A stretch of 49,816 nucleotides of DNA from a virus (lineage: Duplodnaviria; Caudoviricetes): IMG/VR virus record IMGVR_UViG_3300033519_000095, positions 1-49,816 of that record; one strand, written 5' to 3'. Each line of letters starts with the position of its first letter. Within the stretch, counting starts at the first letter, position 1. The position numbers were made by a program, and so were the translations under genes. The notes beneath the pieces are model-generated. The model did no database searches. It saw nothing but the letters and a program-made list of their open reading frames with translations, and was not told the DNA's origin. This document shows positions 1 to 8,201 of this stretch, piece after piece.

Positions 1-35
1 GGAACAAGTCATCAATTAGAAATATATTATATATA

Positions 36-299
36 ATGGCAATATCACCCCAATCAATTAGAAAAGGAACAATTATAACGTTTGACGGAGTAATAATAGA
101 AAAACAACAAATTATAGAGGTAAGTCAATTTTGGGACGACAATCAACAAATTCTATTTAAGAAAATGTTAAAACAAGGTGGTAAATTTAGAATTAATAGT
201 ACCATAATTAATATAATACCAATTGAAACTCTATTAACCTCTCGCGGAGAAAAAGACACAAGACCGATTGTTACACCAGGATGGGATGATAGATTTTAA
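36..299 (+). CDS. hypothetical phage protein
   Basis: 87-aa ORF, abuts the next ORF, phage-like codon usage. Confidence 0.6.
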   Translation: MAISPQSIRKGTIITFDGVIIEKQQIIEVSQFWDDNQQILFKKMLKQGGKFRINSTIINIIPIETLLTSRGEKDTRPIVTPGWDDRF

Positions 300-536
300 A
301 TGAAACAGTTATATATTCATGGAGGGAAAGCATATCTAATATTGAAAAAAGTACTAGAACAACACTTCCACGATAAGCAAAATCGACCACAACTAGAATA
401 CGTCCAGATGTATCGGGATTGGATGGGAGCAGACCACGTTCTGCGAGATCAAACCCACTATATATTCTGTGAAACAATACAAGATGTTGAATTTGAAGAG
501 ATAAACGATGATAGTACTATCCAAACCCAACAATGA
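300..536 (+). CDS. hypothetical phage protein
   Basis: 78-aa ORF translationally coupled to its neighbours. Confidence 0.6.
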   Translation: MKQLYIHGGKAYLILKKVLEQHFHDKQNRPQLEYVQMYRDWMGADHVLRDQTHYIFCETIQDVEFEEINDDSTIQTQQ

Positions 537-768
537 AAAATTCCATCGTATAACTGAAACTATTCGGTGGGTTGAGCAGAAAAAAGATGGAACAATAAAG
601 AAGATACACGAGGATAACCCCCAAGTTGGTTTTACCTTGATCATATCACCATATCAACCGGAAAACACATATCAAACAAAGACAATAACTGAAATAATAG
701 AGAATACAAGAACATTAGTTCATTTCAAGACAATAGATAGTGAATATAAATTAAAGTATTTTGATTAA
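508..768 (+). CDS. hypothetical protein, paralog of the C-terminal part of 6217..6606
   Basis: Shared pattern H-x2-3-PQ(V/I)G...(H/T)FKT-x2-S-x-YKL in both ORFs. Confidence 0.65.
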   Translation: MIVLSKPNNEKFHRITETIRWVEQKKDGTIKKIHEDNPQVGFTLIISPYQPENTYQTKTITEIIENTRTLVHFKTIDSEYKLKYFD

Positions 769-769
769 T

Positions 770-1057
770 ATGACAGTAAAAGAATTAATAGAGCAACTAA
801 GCAAATTAGATCAAGAACTACATGTTTTTATCCCCGGATACGAAGGTGGGGCATTTTACCACCAATGTTTAATTGAAAAACTGAAAACATTACGTTTATA
901 CTTTGTTAGAAAACGTTGTTTTGAGGTATATTTCACAGATACCAAAAGTGGAAAGGAAGGAAGAATTAATGTGTGGGTAAAAGATGTTGATGAAGTAGAA
1001 CCTTACTTTGAAAAACACTTTCCGCATTTGGAATTGTATGATATAGGAGAATGTTGA
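770..1057 (+). CDS. chimeric ORF: MTVKELIE-type phage N-terminus running into cassette 1
   Basis: ATG at 770; MTVKEL motif also at 15013 and 17746; ORF crosses the GTTAG core at 905. Confidence 0.55.
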   Translation: MTVKELIEQLSKLDQELHVFIPGYEGGAFYHQCLIEKLKTLRLYFVRKRCFEVYFTDTKSGKEGRINVWVKDVDEVEPYFEKHFPHLELYDIGEC

Positions 1058-1074
1058 TTACAATGTTTTCTAAC
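905..1074. mobile_element. integron-like cassette 1 body
   Basis: gttagaaaacgttgt (905-919) is the reverse complement of acaatgttttctaac (1060-1074) with one G.T mismatch. Confidence 0.65.
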
Positions 1075-1161
1075 GTTTGGGTATATACGAAGTACCCTAA
1101 ACAAAAATATTAAAATTTAGTACAAACCTTAATAGGGTATTTCGTATATACCTTGTTAGCA
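1068..1161. repeat. attC-like recombination hairpin 1
   Basis: ctaac...gttag ends; inner arms ggtatatacgaagtacccta / tagggtatttcgtatatacc (20 bp, one G.T); AT-rich loop. Confidence 0.75.
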
Positions 1162-1172
1162 GATAGTAAAAT

Positions 1173-1271
1173 ATGAAACCACAAAATCAATTTTTAGAAA
1201 CATTAATAACAATACTTGGCACAATAGCAATAGGATGGGCAGTAATTTCCATCATATTTTATTTATGCTAA
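1173..1271 (+). CDS. 32-aa single-TM peptide (cassette 2 gene)
   Basis: MKPQNQFLETLITILGTIAIGWAVISIIFYLC*; stop TAA lies inside the gcTAAc core, as in integron cassettes. Confidence 0.6.
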   Translation: MKPQNQFLETLITILGTIAIGWAVISIIFYLC

Positions 1272-1359
1272 CGGCTGGGTGTATGAGAAGGTTTGCTTAG
1301 ACAAATTTTCAATTTACCACCAAACTTAATAGCAAACTTTCTTATACACCTTGTTATAC
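1266..1359. repeat. attC-like recombination hairpin 2
   Basis: gctaac...gttata ends; arms ggtgtatgagaaggtttgct / agcaaactttcttatacacc (20 bp, two G.T). Confidence 0.75.
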
Positions 1360-1782
1360 ACAGTGCGGATTACTTAATTAGAACTTAAATTGAAATATAA
1401 TAAAAACTTTTAAAATTTATAAAAATGGAAAATAAAAATTATGGAATCGATGCTGAATCAGAATTATTGAAACTACTTGGTGAAGAAATGAATAAAACCA
1501 AGGAAGAAAAATATTCAGAGATAAAAGAAGTTTTGAATATAGAATCTTTTATGAAAGCGACAGGCAACAACTTGGATATGTTGTTTAAATATATGTTTTC
1601 TGCAACAAACGGAATTCGATTATCTAATGTTCAAGTTGGAGAATTCATAAAAGATGAATATGGTGATGATTTCTTTTACAGAAGAGAAACTATTAGATGT
1701 GAGGAATATGAACGTGATAATAAATTTTAAAAGTTTTATCACAAATGTTAAATCGAAGCACTTTGGTAGCATTGTGTATAAC
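1353..1782. mobile_element. integron-like cassette 3 body
   Basis: gttatacacagtgc (1353-1366) vs gcattgtgtataac (1769-1782), 13/14 complementary; extra perfect 18-bp inverted repeat at 1403-1420/1720-1737. Confidence 0.7.
1425..1730 (+). CDS. hypothetical protein (cassette 3 gene)
   Basis: 101-aa ORF filling the cassette; N-terminal GIDAESEL motif. Confidence 0.7.
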   Translation: MENKNYGIDAESELLKLLGEEMNKTKEEKYSEIKEVLNIESFMKATGNNLDMLFKYMFSATNGIRLSNVQVGEFIKDEYGDDFFYRRETIRCEEYERDNKF

Positions 1783-1834
1783 TATTATATATACGTCACC
1801 CTATATAAATCATTGAAAATTAACAATATAACAT

Positions 1835-2635
1835 ATGAAAAAAACAGATTACTCTGAGATTTGCAGACAAAAATTAGAGTACTTGAATTACTCTTCTAAA
1901 ACAATCAAACTATATTTGTCATATATAGATCAATTTCTGTTCAAGAATATAAAAGCACCTACCTCCTTAAATTCAAAAGATTTCCAAGATTATTTAGATA
2001 CATATAATTTTACATCTGTTTCTCAACAAAATCAAGTTATAAACGCGATTAGATTTTTATATAAATTTGGTTTAGAAAAGAAATATGATAAAGTATTTTT
2101 TAAACGCCCTCGAAATGAAAAAAAACTACCCAAAGTTATTGATGGGGGATTCATCAGATCCCAACTCTCTAAAATTGAAAACCTAAAGCATAAATCTATT
2201 TTAACTTTAACATTTTCTGTTGGTTTGAGAGTATCCGAAATAGTAAACTTAAAAATAGAAGATATAGATTCTAAACGAATGTTAATCCATATCAAAAATG
2301 CTAAAGGAAAGAAAGATAGAATCGTACCTTTATCCCCAACAATTCTAGAAATGTTAAGAAAATATTTTCTAGAATATAAACCAAAAGAATATCTTTTTAA
2401 TGGGCAGAACAAAGGAAAATATTCAGTTGGCAGTTGTCAAAAAATATATAAAAAATATATAGATAAAAGTTCATCCATCCATATTTTAAGACACTCTAGT
2501 TTTACCAACCTATTAGAAAATGGAACGGATTTAAGAATTATACAAAAAATTGCAGGTCATTCCTCCTCCAAAACAACAGAAATATACACTCATGTTTCAA
2601 ATCAAATGTTATCCAAAGTAAATCTCCCAATTTAA
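1835..2635 (+). CDS. tyrosine recombinase, integron-integrase-related (N-terminal SAM-like domain plus catalytic domain)
   Basis: YS-x-KT-x2-Y, S-x-SQQNQ-x2-NA, GLRVSE (R), KGKKDR (K), HILRHS (HxxR), AGH (H), TTEIYTHV (Y). Confidence 0.92.
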   Translation: MKKTDYSEICRQKLEYLNYSSKTIKLYLSYIDQFLFKNIKAPTSLNSKDFQDYLDTYNFTSVSQQNQVINAIRFLYKFGLEKKYDKVFFKRPRNEKKLPKVIDGGFIRSQLSKIENLKHKSILTLTFSVGLRVSEIVNLKIEDIDSKRMLIHIKNAKGKKDRIVPLSPTILEMLRKYFLEYKPKEYLFNGQNKGKYSVGSCQKIYKKYIDKSSSIHILRHSSFTNLLENGTDLRIIQKIAGHSSSKTTEIYTHVSNQMLSKVNLPI

Positions 2636-2691
2636 CATTTGGATTCTTAAAATTTCTTTCGTATATTTAATCATATAAAAAGATAAATAAA

Positions 2692-2796
2692 ATGACAAAA
2701 GATAAAATTAAGAACGTCAAGCCGCTATTGCAGCAAGCAAATGTTAGCGGCGGTAGGTCTTTTACCCCACCAACGCATGTCGTTGGAACCCTTTAG
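2692..2796 (+). CDS. 34-aa ORF crossing an attC-like right half (PLLQQANVSG)
   Basis: Follows promoter 2658; contains the gttagcgg core at 2743. Confidence 0.35.
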   Translation: MTKDKIKNVKPLLQQANVSGGRSFTPPTHVVGTL

Positions 2797-3017
2797 CGAT
2801 ACGTTGCTAGAGAATACCCGCCCCCCCCCCCTGTAGCTAGATGCTACAGGCTCAAGAACCATCGGGCATCCCGTAAGATCTGCTCACTTGGATGGTCTTT
2901 TCCGATATCGGGAAAGTGGATTGATTTATAGGTGCAAACGCGTTGCCTCTATAAACAACCATATAACCAATATCAACCCCTAGTAAGACTGTTTGATCAA
3001 CAGAAACTGCTAGGGTT
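2770..3017 (+). ncRNA. putative structured ncRNA (six tandem hairpins)
   Basis: GC-rich island; stems 2770-2786, 2791-2812, 2830-2850, 2858-2896, 2897-2916, 2918-2960, then a terminator-like stem 2976-3017; G.U pairs favour the + strand. Confidence 0.5.
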
Positions 3018-3064
3018 TCTTTGTCTTCCCAAAAAATAATTCATATATTAAATATAAAAAACAA

Positions 3065-3775
3065 ATGATTATAACTCTTATTAGTGATACTCACACTAAA
3101 CATAAACAACTAGACACAGAATTAGAGAAAATAAAAGGTGATTTACTTATACATGCTGGGGATTTTATGAATAGTGGGTATAGTAAATCAGAAGCAATTG
3201 AATTCTTTGATTGGTTTGACAATATTCCAAACTACGATACAAAAATATTCATTGCTGGAAACCATGATCGATGGGCTGAAAATAACCCTGAAGAATTTAA
3301 AGGTATTCTAACAGGATATAAAACAATAGAGTATCTACAAGACGAAAAAATTGATCTTTGGGATCAAGAAGATCAACAATTAGTTATTTATGGCTCACCT
3401 TGGCAACCTGAATTTTACAATTGGGCATTTAATTTACCTCGTCATGGGGAGGAAATGAAAGCAAAATGGGATGCTATTCCAAACGATACAGACATTTTAA
3501 TTACACATTCACCCGCTTGGGGAACGTTAGATGATGTTGAAGGTAACCGAGGTGTGCATTTAGGATGCGAGTTGCTAGCAAAACATATAAACGAGGTAAT
3601 TAAACCAAAAATTCATATTTGCGGACATATCCATAGTGGTAGAGGCATAGAATATAAAAATGGAACTTTATTTATCAACGCCTCAGTCCTAAATGAGAGT
3701 TATGAGTATACTCAAAAACCTATAACTATAGATTTTGATTTTACAACAGGTGAATATGAAATTATATCAATGTAG
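3065..3775 (+). CDS. calcineurin-like metallophosphoesterase (MPPED/239FB-like)
   Basis: SDTH, HAGD, GNHD, LITH-x-P, CGHIH motifs. Confidence 0.92.
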   Translation: MIITLISDTHTKHKQLDTELEKIKGDLLIHAGDFMNSGYSKSEAIEFFDWFDNIPNYDTKIFIAGNHDRWAENNPEEFKGILTGYKTIEYLQDEKIDLWDQEDQQLVIYGSPWQPEFYNWAFNLPRHGEEMKAKWDAIPNDTDILITHSPAWGTLDDVEGNRGVHLGCELLAKHINEVIKPKIHICGHIHSGRGIEYKNGTLFINASVLNESYEYTQKPITIDFDFTTGEYEIISM

Positions 3776-4607
3776 ACTTTTGCCATTTATAACCAAAAGC
3801 GGTAGTCTGTCTACCAACACATACGTCATTAATATCCGAGGATACGTTACGGGATTTTCCAATCCAATTAGAAGCTTCCATTAATGTGAGAAAAGTATTT
3901 ACTAGGGCATTATCTTTAGAGTAGCAAAATATTCTACGAGAAGATCTAGAATCTACATAAGATTTAATACCTAAATACTTTTCTCTCTTTCTAGGTAGAC
4001 CTATAGAGGGATCTGAATAAAGGTATTCTCCAAACATAATAATACTTTCATTTTGGTTTATTTGAAATTGAGAGTATTTTGAGGAGGTTCTAACAGTTTT
4101 ACGTATTGTAAATTGAATATCTAGAGTATTACATAGATTTTCTAAAGCTTTCCAATCTTGCTCATGAGAACTCGTAATAATACATTGTATTACGTTAGAA
4201 TTAAAATTGTGGTAGAAACATCCATCACCATCATTCCATCCTAAGAAGAAATATTTATGTAAGTTATCTGGAATATGTGATAGAATTTTACAAGGAGAAT
4301 CTGAGGATTTACTTGTATAGTTATTCTCTTTAAGAAAGTCTGCTATGGGTTTTGAAGAAAAGTTAATAGTACCGCTTAGTTTATTATTTAAAGATTGTTT
4401 TTTAGTGTAAGTATTAAATTCCCCTGTTTTTAGAAAAATTGGAAGAAAATAATCTACATCATCTTGTAAACATTGTAAACTAATAGAATTAGTAGTTTTA
4501 GAAACATACCCATCAGCCCAAAGAAGACCTAGAATATATGATGATTCAGGAGTAAAGTTTTTAGTAAACAAATCAGAGTTTACTTTGTTTGAAAATTTAA
4601 AAGCCAT
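3762..4607 (-). CDS. LAGLIDADG-family homing endonuclease with C-terminal NUMOD1-like HTH
   Basis: YILGLLWADG and FFLGWNDGDG motifs; C-terminal INDVCVGRQTTAFGYKW; only convincing minus-strand gene. Confidence 0.85.
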   Translation of the reverse strand: MAFKFSNKVNSDLFTKNFTPESSYILGLLWADGYVSKTTNSISLQCLQDDVDYFLPIFLKTGEFNTYTKKQSLNNKLSGTINFSSKPIADFLKENNYTSKSSDSPCKILSHIPDNLHKYFFLGWNDGDGCFYHNFNSNVIQCIITSSHEQDWKALENLCNTLDIQFTIRKTVRTSSKYSQFQINQNESIIMFGEYLYSDPSIGLPRKREKYLGIKSYVDSRSSRRIFCYSKDNALVNTFLTLMEASNWIGKSRNVSSDINDVCVGRQTTAFGYKWQKSTLI

Positions 4608-4733
4608 AATATTGTTGTTTATTATAAATATACACGTTTTATATTTTATTCACGAAAACTATGGGGAATTTTAAAAAATAATTTGGATACACGAAAAATA
4701 TTTCGTATATTCAGTCAAATAAAGAAATAAGTT

Positions 4734-4835
4734 ATGGAAAGCGAGCCCAAAATAGGAATTGAAGATATTATATATTTAATAGTATTTGTGGGGATTGTAA
4801 TAGTAGCGATAATGGGTAAAATATATGAAAAATAA
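4734..4835 (+). CDS. 33-aa single-TM peptide
   Basis: MESEPKIGIEDIIYLIVFVGIVIVAIMGKIYEK*, directly after promoter 4702. Confidence 0.5.
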   Translation: MESEPKIGIEDIIYLIVFVGIVIVAIMGKIYEK

Positions 4836-4842
4836 AAAAGTT

Positions 4843-5316
4843 ATGAAAAATTTACACATATTACCAACAGATAAACCAAGTAGGTTAGGTTATCTAACTA
4901 AAAAAGGAAAAGAAGTTTTTAAAGATTTAAGATTATTTGATAGATTAATGCCAAATATATTAGATAGTGAAAACCAAATCATCTACATCACTTCTGATGA
5001 AGAAATTAAAGAAGGAGATTGGTATTGTAGTCCTAGTGGAATCATATCTAAACATAATGGAACTGAAATGTTACCTGATAATTGGAATAAAGTAATTTTA
5101 ACAACAGACCAATCATTAGAATTTGTACAAAAAATTGATGATGAGTTTTTAGAATGGTTTATTAAGAATCCAAGTTGTGAGGAAGTTGAGGTTAATGACT
5201 GGTTAGATGATAATGGTAATATCGCATTTGGTAGTAAGGAAAGATACAAAATAATCATTCCAAAAGAAGAACTAAAAGCAGTATTAGAACACTTGAAAGC
5301 TATTCCTAAAGAATAA
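4843..5316 (+). CDS. conserved hypothetical phage protein (MKNLHILPTDKPSRL...IYITSDEEIKEGDW)
   Basis: Recurrent phage hypothetical motif set; start placed at the aagttATG context. Confidence 0.7.
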   Translation: MKNLHILPTDKPSRLGYLTKKGKEVFKDLRLFDRLMPNILDSENQIIYITSDEEIKEGDWYCSPSGIISKHNGTEMLPDNWNKVILTTDQSLEFVQKIDDEFLEWFIKNPSCEEVEVNDWLDDNGNIAFGSKERYKIIIPKEELKAVLEHLKAIPKE

Positions 5317-5363
5317 TTTCAAGATGAATGGAATTCCATTAGAAGAATTTAAAAAGAAATAAG

Positions 5364-5606
5364 ATGAAATTAACATTAGAATTTGATGGAGACGAAGAAA
5401 GAGACAATCTTCAAGTAGCATTGGATGGTTACAAATGGAAAAATGCTATGTGGGAACTAGATCAACGACTAAGAAAAACAACCAAATATGGAGTTAGTAT
5501 GCTCTCAAGTACAGACCCAGCAACCTCACAAGAAATGGAAGTTGCAGATGCAGTACGAGAATCATTACGAGAGATATTAAATGAATATAATTTAAAATTA
5601 GATTGA
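5364..5606 (+). CDS. hypothetical phage protein
   Basis: 80-aa ORF. Confidence 0.65.
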   Translation: MKLTLEFDGDEERDNLQVALDGYKWKNAMWELDQRLRKTTKYGVSMLSSTDPATSQEMEVADAVRESLREILNEYNLKLD

Positions 5607-5607
5607 G

Positions 5608-6180
5608 ATGTTCGATAAAGTAAGATTATGGTGGAGATGGGAAGCTAAACATGCACCTAGAGATTTTGCAGTTGGGGTGAAAAACCTATGGAAATGGTTT
5701 CCAACTATTTGGAAACAGAGAGATTGGGATGGTGACTTTATCTATACAATACTAGCCAAAAAACTAGAATTCCAAGCCAAATACATCAGTGAAAAAAACA
5801 GACATACAACAGCACAACAAGATGCTGAGCGTATGAGATTGGTTGTTAAACTAATTAAACTCCAACAAGATGAATCCTACAATATGGAATATATGGATTA
5901 TGCTGAAGATAAACATTGGTTTACACCATGCGAGGATAAACCTGGATATTCAACTTGGAATTCAATTGATATATGGGAAAAATATAACGAGTATTTTGCA
6001 AAATATCCACTATGTCATAAAAGAGCAATTCAATATATCAAAGATCATCAAAAGTCATTCACAAATGACCATACCGATAAAAAGCTAGTAGCAATGGTAA
6101 TGGGTGGTCTTCGACAAGCCAAATGTCAAGAGTTGATATTCAAGATAATGGGTAAAGATATAAATAAGTGGTGGAATTAA
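5608..6180 (+). CDS. hypothetical phage protein (WK-x-RDWD motif)
   Basis: 190-aa ORF, Trp-rich N-terminus. Confidence 0.7.
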   Translation: MFDKVRLWWRWEAKHAPRDFAVGVKNLWKWFPTIWKQRDWDGDFIYTILAKKLEFQAKYISEKNRHTTAQQDAERMRLVVKLIKLQQDESYNMEYMDYAEDKHWFTPCEDKPGYSTWNSIDIWEKYNEYFAKYPLCHKRAIQYIKDHQKSFTNDHTDKKLVAMVMGGLRQAKCQELIFKIMGKDINKWWN

Positions 6181-6216
6181 TTTAGAAACCCAAAATAAAT
6201 TTCGTATATTAAGATT

Positions 6217-6606
6217 ATGGAAGAAAGTTTAAAAATATATTGTAGAGATTGTGGTAGTATTACTGAACATAGAGTAAAAGGTGCACGTGAGCGCGTGCTT
6301 GTGTGTAACATATGTAATAGCACTAACATGCCCATTACATTAGTTAAGAATAACGGAGAAATACATCATGGAATACAAGTTAGATTTGTTGAATTTGAAG
6401 GAGATGAAATAGGTAGTCGAGCAAAACAATTACATAAAGAACCACAAATAGGATATAGTGTTATACTTGATCCACAATATGCTTTATATACTTGGTTAAC
6501 AACTCCAATTAAAGAAATTGAAAGTGATGGTGAAATGAGAAATTCCCGTTGCATTACATTTAAAACACAGAATTCAGATTATAAATTATATATAACAAAG
6601 ATATGA
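6217..6606 (+). CDS. Zn-ribbon protein (CRDC...CNIC) with C-terminal domain paralogous to 508..768
   Basis: Two CxxC pairs; promoter at 6201. Confidence 0.65.
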   Translation: MEESLKIYCRDCGSITEHRVKGARERVLVCNICNSTNMPITLVKNNGEIHHGIQVRFVEFEGDEIGSRAKQLHKEPQIGYSVILDPQYALYTWLTTPIKEIESDGEMRNSRCITFKTQNSDYKLYITKI

Positions 6607-6806
6607 ACTTAATATTAGCAGCAGTATTATTTGGGATAACAATGGTAGTATTTTATACTATATATCTCCAAAAACAACTAGACAAACTCTCAAATGAATA
6701 TGAGATATTTAAAAAGCTAGTACAGAAAGGATTTACAGATGTCCATAAGGATATAGATATGGTCGATAAAACAATAAAAAATCAAAAACAACAATTGAAC
6801 GGATGA
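6603..6806 (+). CDS. small membrane-anchored coiled-coil protein
   Basis: N-terminal hydrophobic helix; ATGA overlaps at both ends. Confidence 0.55.
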   Translation: MNLILAAVLFGITMVVFYTIYLQKQLDKLSNEYEIFKKLVQKGFTDVHKDIDMVDKTIKNQKQQLNG

Positions 6807-6997
6807 GAAGAAGACGAACGTTAAAAACTAAGCTATTCCTATGGTTAAGAAAAGTGGGAATGTTGTATAAAAAACCTGTATATAGAAAACCTATAATCAA
6901 AATAGCTAGAACAATATACCCAGAAGGTGAACCTCGCATGTCTCCGAATGGTAGTGGAGAATGGTATGGTTTGGTTGAGAAAAAAAATGAAAAATAA
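6803..6997 (+). CDS. basic hypothetical protein
   Basis: 64 aa, ATGA coupling. Confidence 0.5.
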   Translation: MRRRRTLKTKLFLWLRKVGMLYKKPVYRKPIIKIARTIYPEGEPRMSPNGSGEWYGLVEKKNEK

Positions 6998-7073
6998 ATT
7001 TGGCTACCGAGGATAAATTTCGTATATTCAAGTATAAATATGGAAAATAAATATAAATTAAAAAATAAAGGTT

Positions 7074-7874
7074 ATGTTAGACATTAATTCAACAGAGTTT
7101 TTAAGTAATGAGCAAGTAAAGAAAATTGCTCCAAGTATTTTCACAGCTACAGCAGCTGGAAATGTATCATCACATTACACACACATTCCAACTTCACAAG
7201 TTATGGAAGATATGGCTCAATTGGGATGGAAAGTAGTAGATGTTAAAGAAGTAAAAGCAAGAAAAGGTATTGGATTCCAAAAACACTTGATTGTATTCCG
7301 AAATGCTGACGTGGTAATCAACGGATCTGACGGTGATACAGTGTTTCCCCAAATCCTTGCCACAAATTCGCATGACGGTAAGAGCTCATTTACTTTTACG
7401 TGTGCTTTGTTTAGAATGGTGTGTGAGAATGGTTTAGTAATATCAACAAAAGAATTTGCAAATCTTAAGATACGCCATATGGGATATACATTTGAAGCAT
7501 TACAAGAAAAAATTAATGGTATAGTAGAACAACTACCTCTTACAGTAGAGTCAATGAATAAAATGAAACAAATTCAATTGAGTGAAGAGCAATCAATTGA
7601 TTTAGCAACAAAAGCACTATCCACTAGATTCACTGAAAGTGATTTACAATATATTACAGTTGATATTATGGAACTGTTAAAACCTACTAGAATAGAAGAC
7701 AACGGAACTGATCTATGGTCAGTATTTAATGTAATACAAGAAAAAATCATAGATGGTGATTTTAACTACAATATGGGGAATAAATCAAGAAAAGCTAGAC
7801 AAATTAAAAATTTCCAACAGGATATTAAAGTTAATAAAGAACTATTTGCATTGGCTCTTGAGTTTGCTAATTGA
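7074..7874 (+). CDS. DUF932-family protein
   Basis: APSIF, S-x2-YTHIPT, NSHDGKSSF, FRMVCENGL, LWSVFNVIQE. Confidence 0.88.
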   Translation: MLDINSTEFLSNEQVKKIAPSIFTATAAGNVSSHYTHIPTSQVMEDMAQLGWKVVDVKEVKARKGIGFQKHLIVFRNADVVINGSDGDTVFPQILATNSHDGKSSFTFTCALFRMVCENGLVISTKEFANLKIRHMGYTFEALQEKINGIVEQLPLTVESMNKMKQIQLSEEQSIDLATKALSTRFTESDLQYITVDIMELLKPTRIEDNGTDLWSVFNVIQEKIIDGDFNYNMGNKSRKARQIKNFQQDIKVNKELFALALEFAN

Positions 7875-7901
7875 TCTTTAAAAGCAAACAACATGGGATA
7901 A

Positions 7902-7923
7902 TAGGAGGGCACCTGCCCTCCTA
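7902..7923 (+). terminator. GC-rich hairpin after the DUF932 gene
   Basis: taggagggc-acct-gccctccta, perfect 9-bp stem; no clear U-tract. Confidence 0.5.
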
Positions 7924-7949
7924 CCTATAACTAAATTTAAAATAAAAAT

Positions 7950-8201
7950 ATGAACACAACATTACAAACATTATATAGCGATTTAGAAAAAGCTAAAAAC
8001 GAAAATAGCGATGAAACTATCAAGAAAACACTTGAATTCATCCAAACTCTAATTACAGAACGATACCTTAAACAAGAAAAACAAATGATTATTGATGCTT
8101 GGCATTCTACTATGGGTGGTGGAGATGAAAGTCTATCAGGTGTAGAATATTATGAAAATACTTTTGGTAGTAAAAGATTTAAAATCGGAGGAATAGAATA
8201 A
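7950..8201 (+). CDS. hypothetical phage protein (EKQMIIDAW...EYYENTF motif)
   Basis: 83-aa ORF with a recurrent phage motif. Confidence 0.65.
   Translation: MNTTLQTLYSDLEKAKNENSDETIKKTLEFIQTLITERYLKQEKQMIIDAWHSTMGGGDESLSGVEYYENTFGSKRFKIGGIE

Noticed and set aside
1141-1150. ttcgtatata inside attC 1 as an early promoter
   Set aside because: It differs from TTCGTATATT at the last base and is part of the hairpin arm; it may be coincidental, so it was not counted.
1068-1359. The two hairpins read as ordinary terminators or a CRISPR array
   Set aside because: No U-tracts, loops are long, the two sequences differ, and the intervening DNA holds ORFs with complementary ends, which fits attC-like sites better.
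1835-2635. Classical prophage integrase implying lysogeny
   Set aside because: Short protein without an arm-binding domain, no repressor nearby, and the context is cassette-like; lysogeny cannot be excluded from this window alone.
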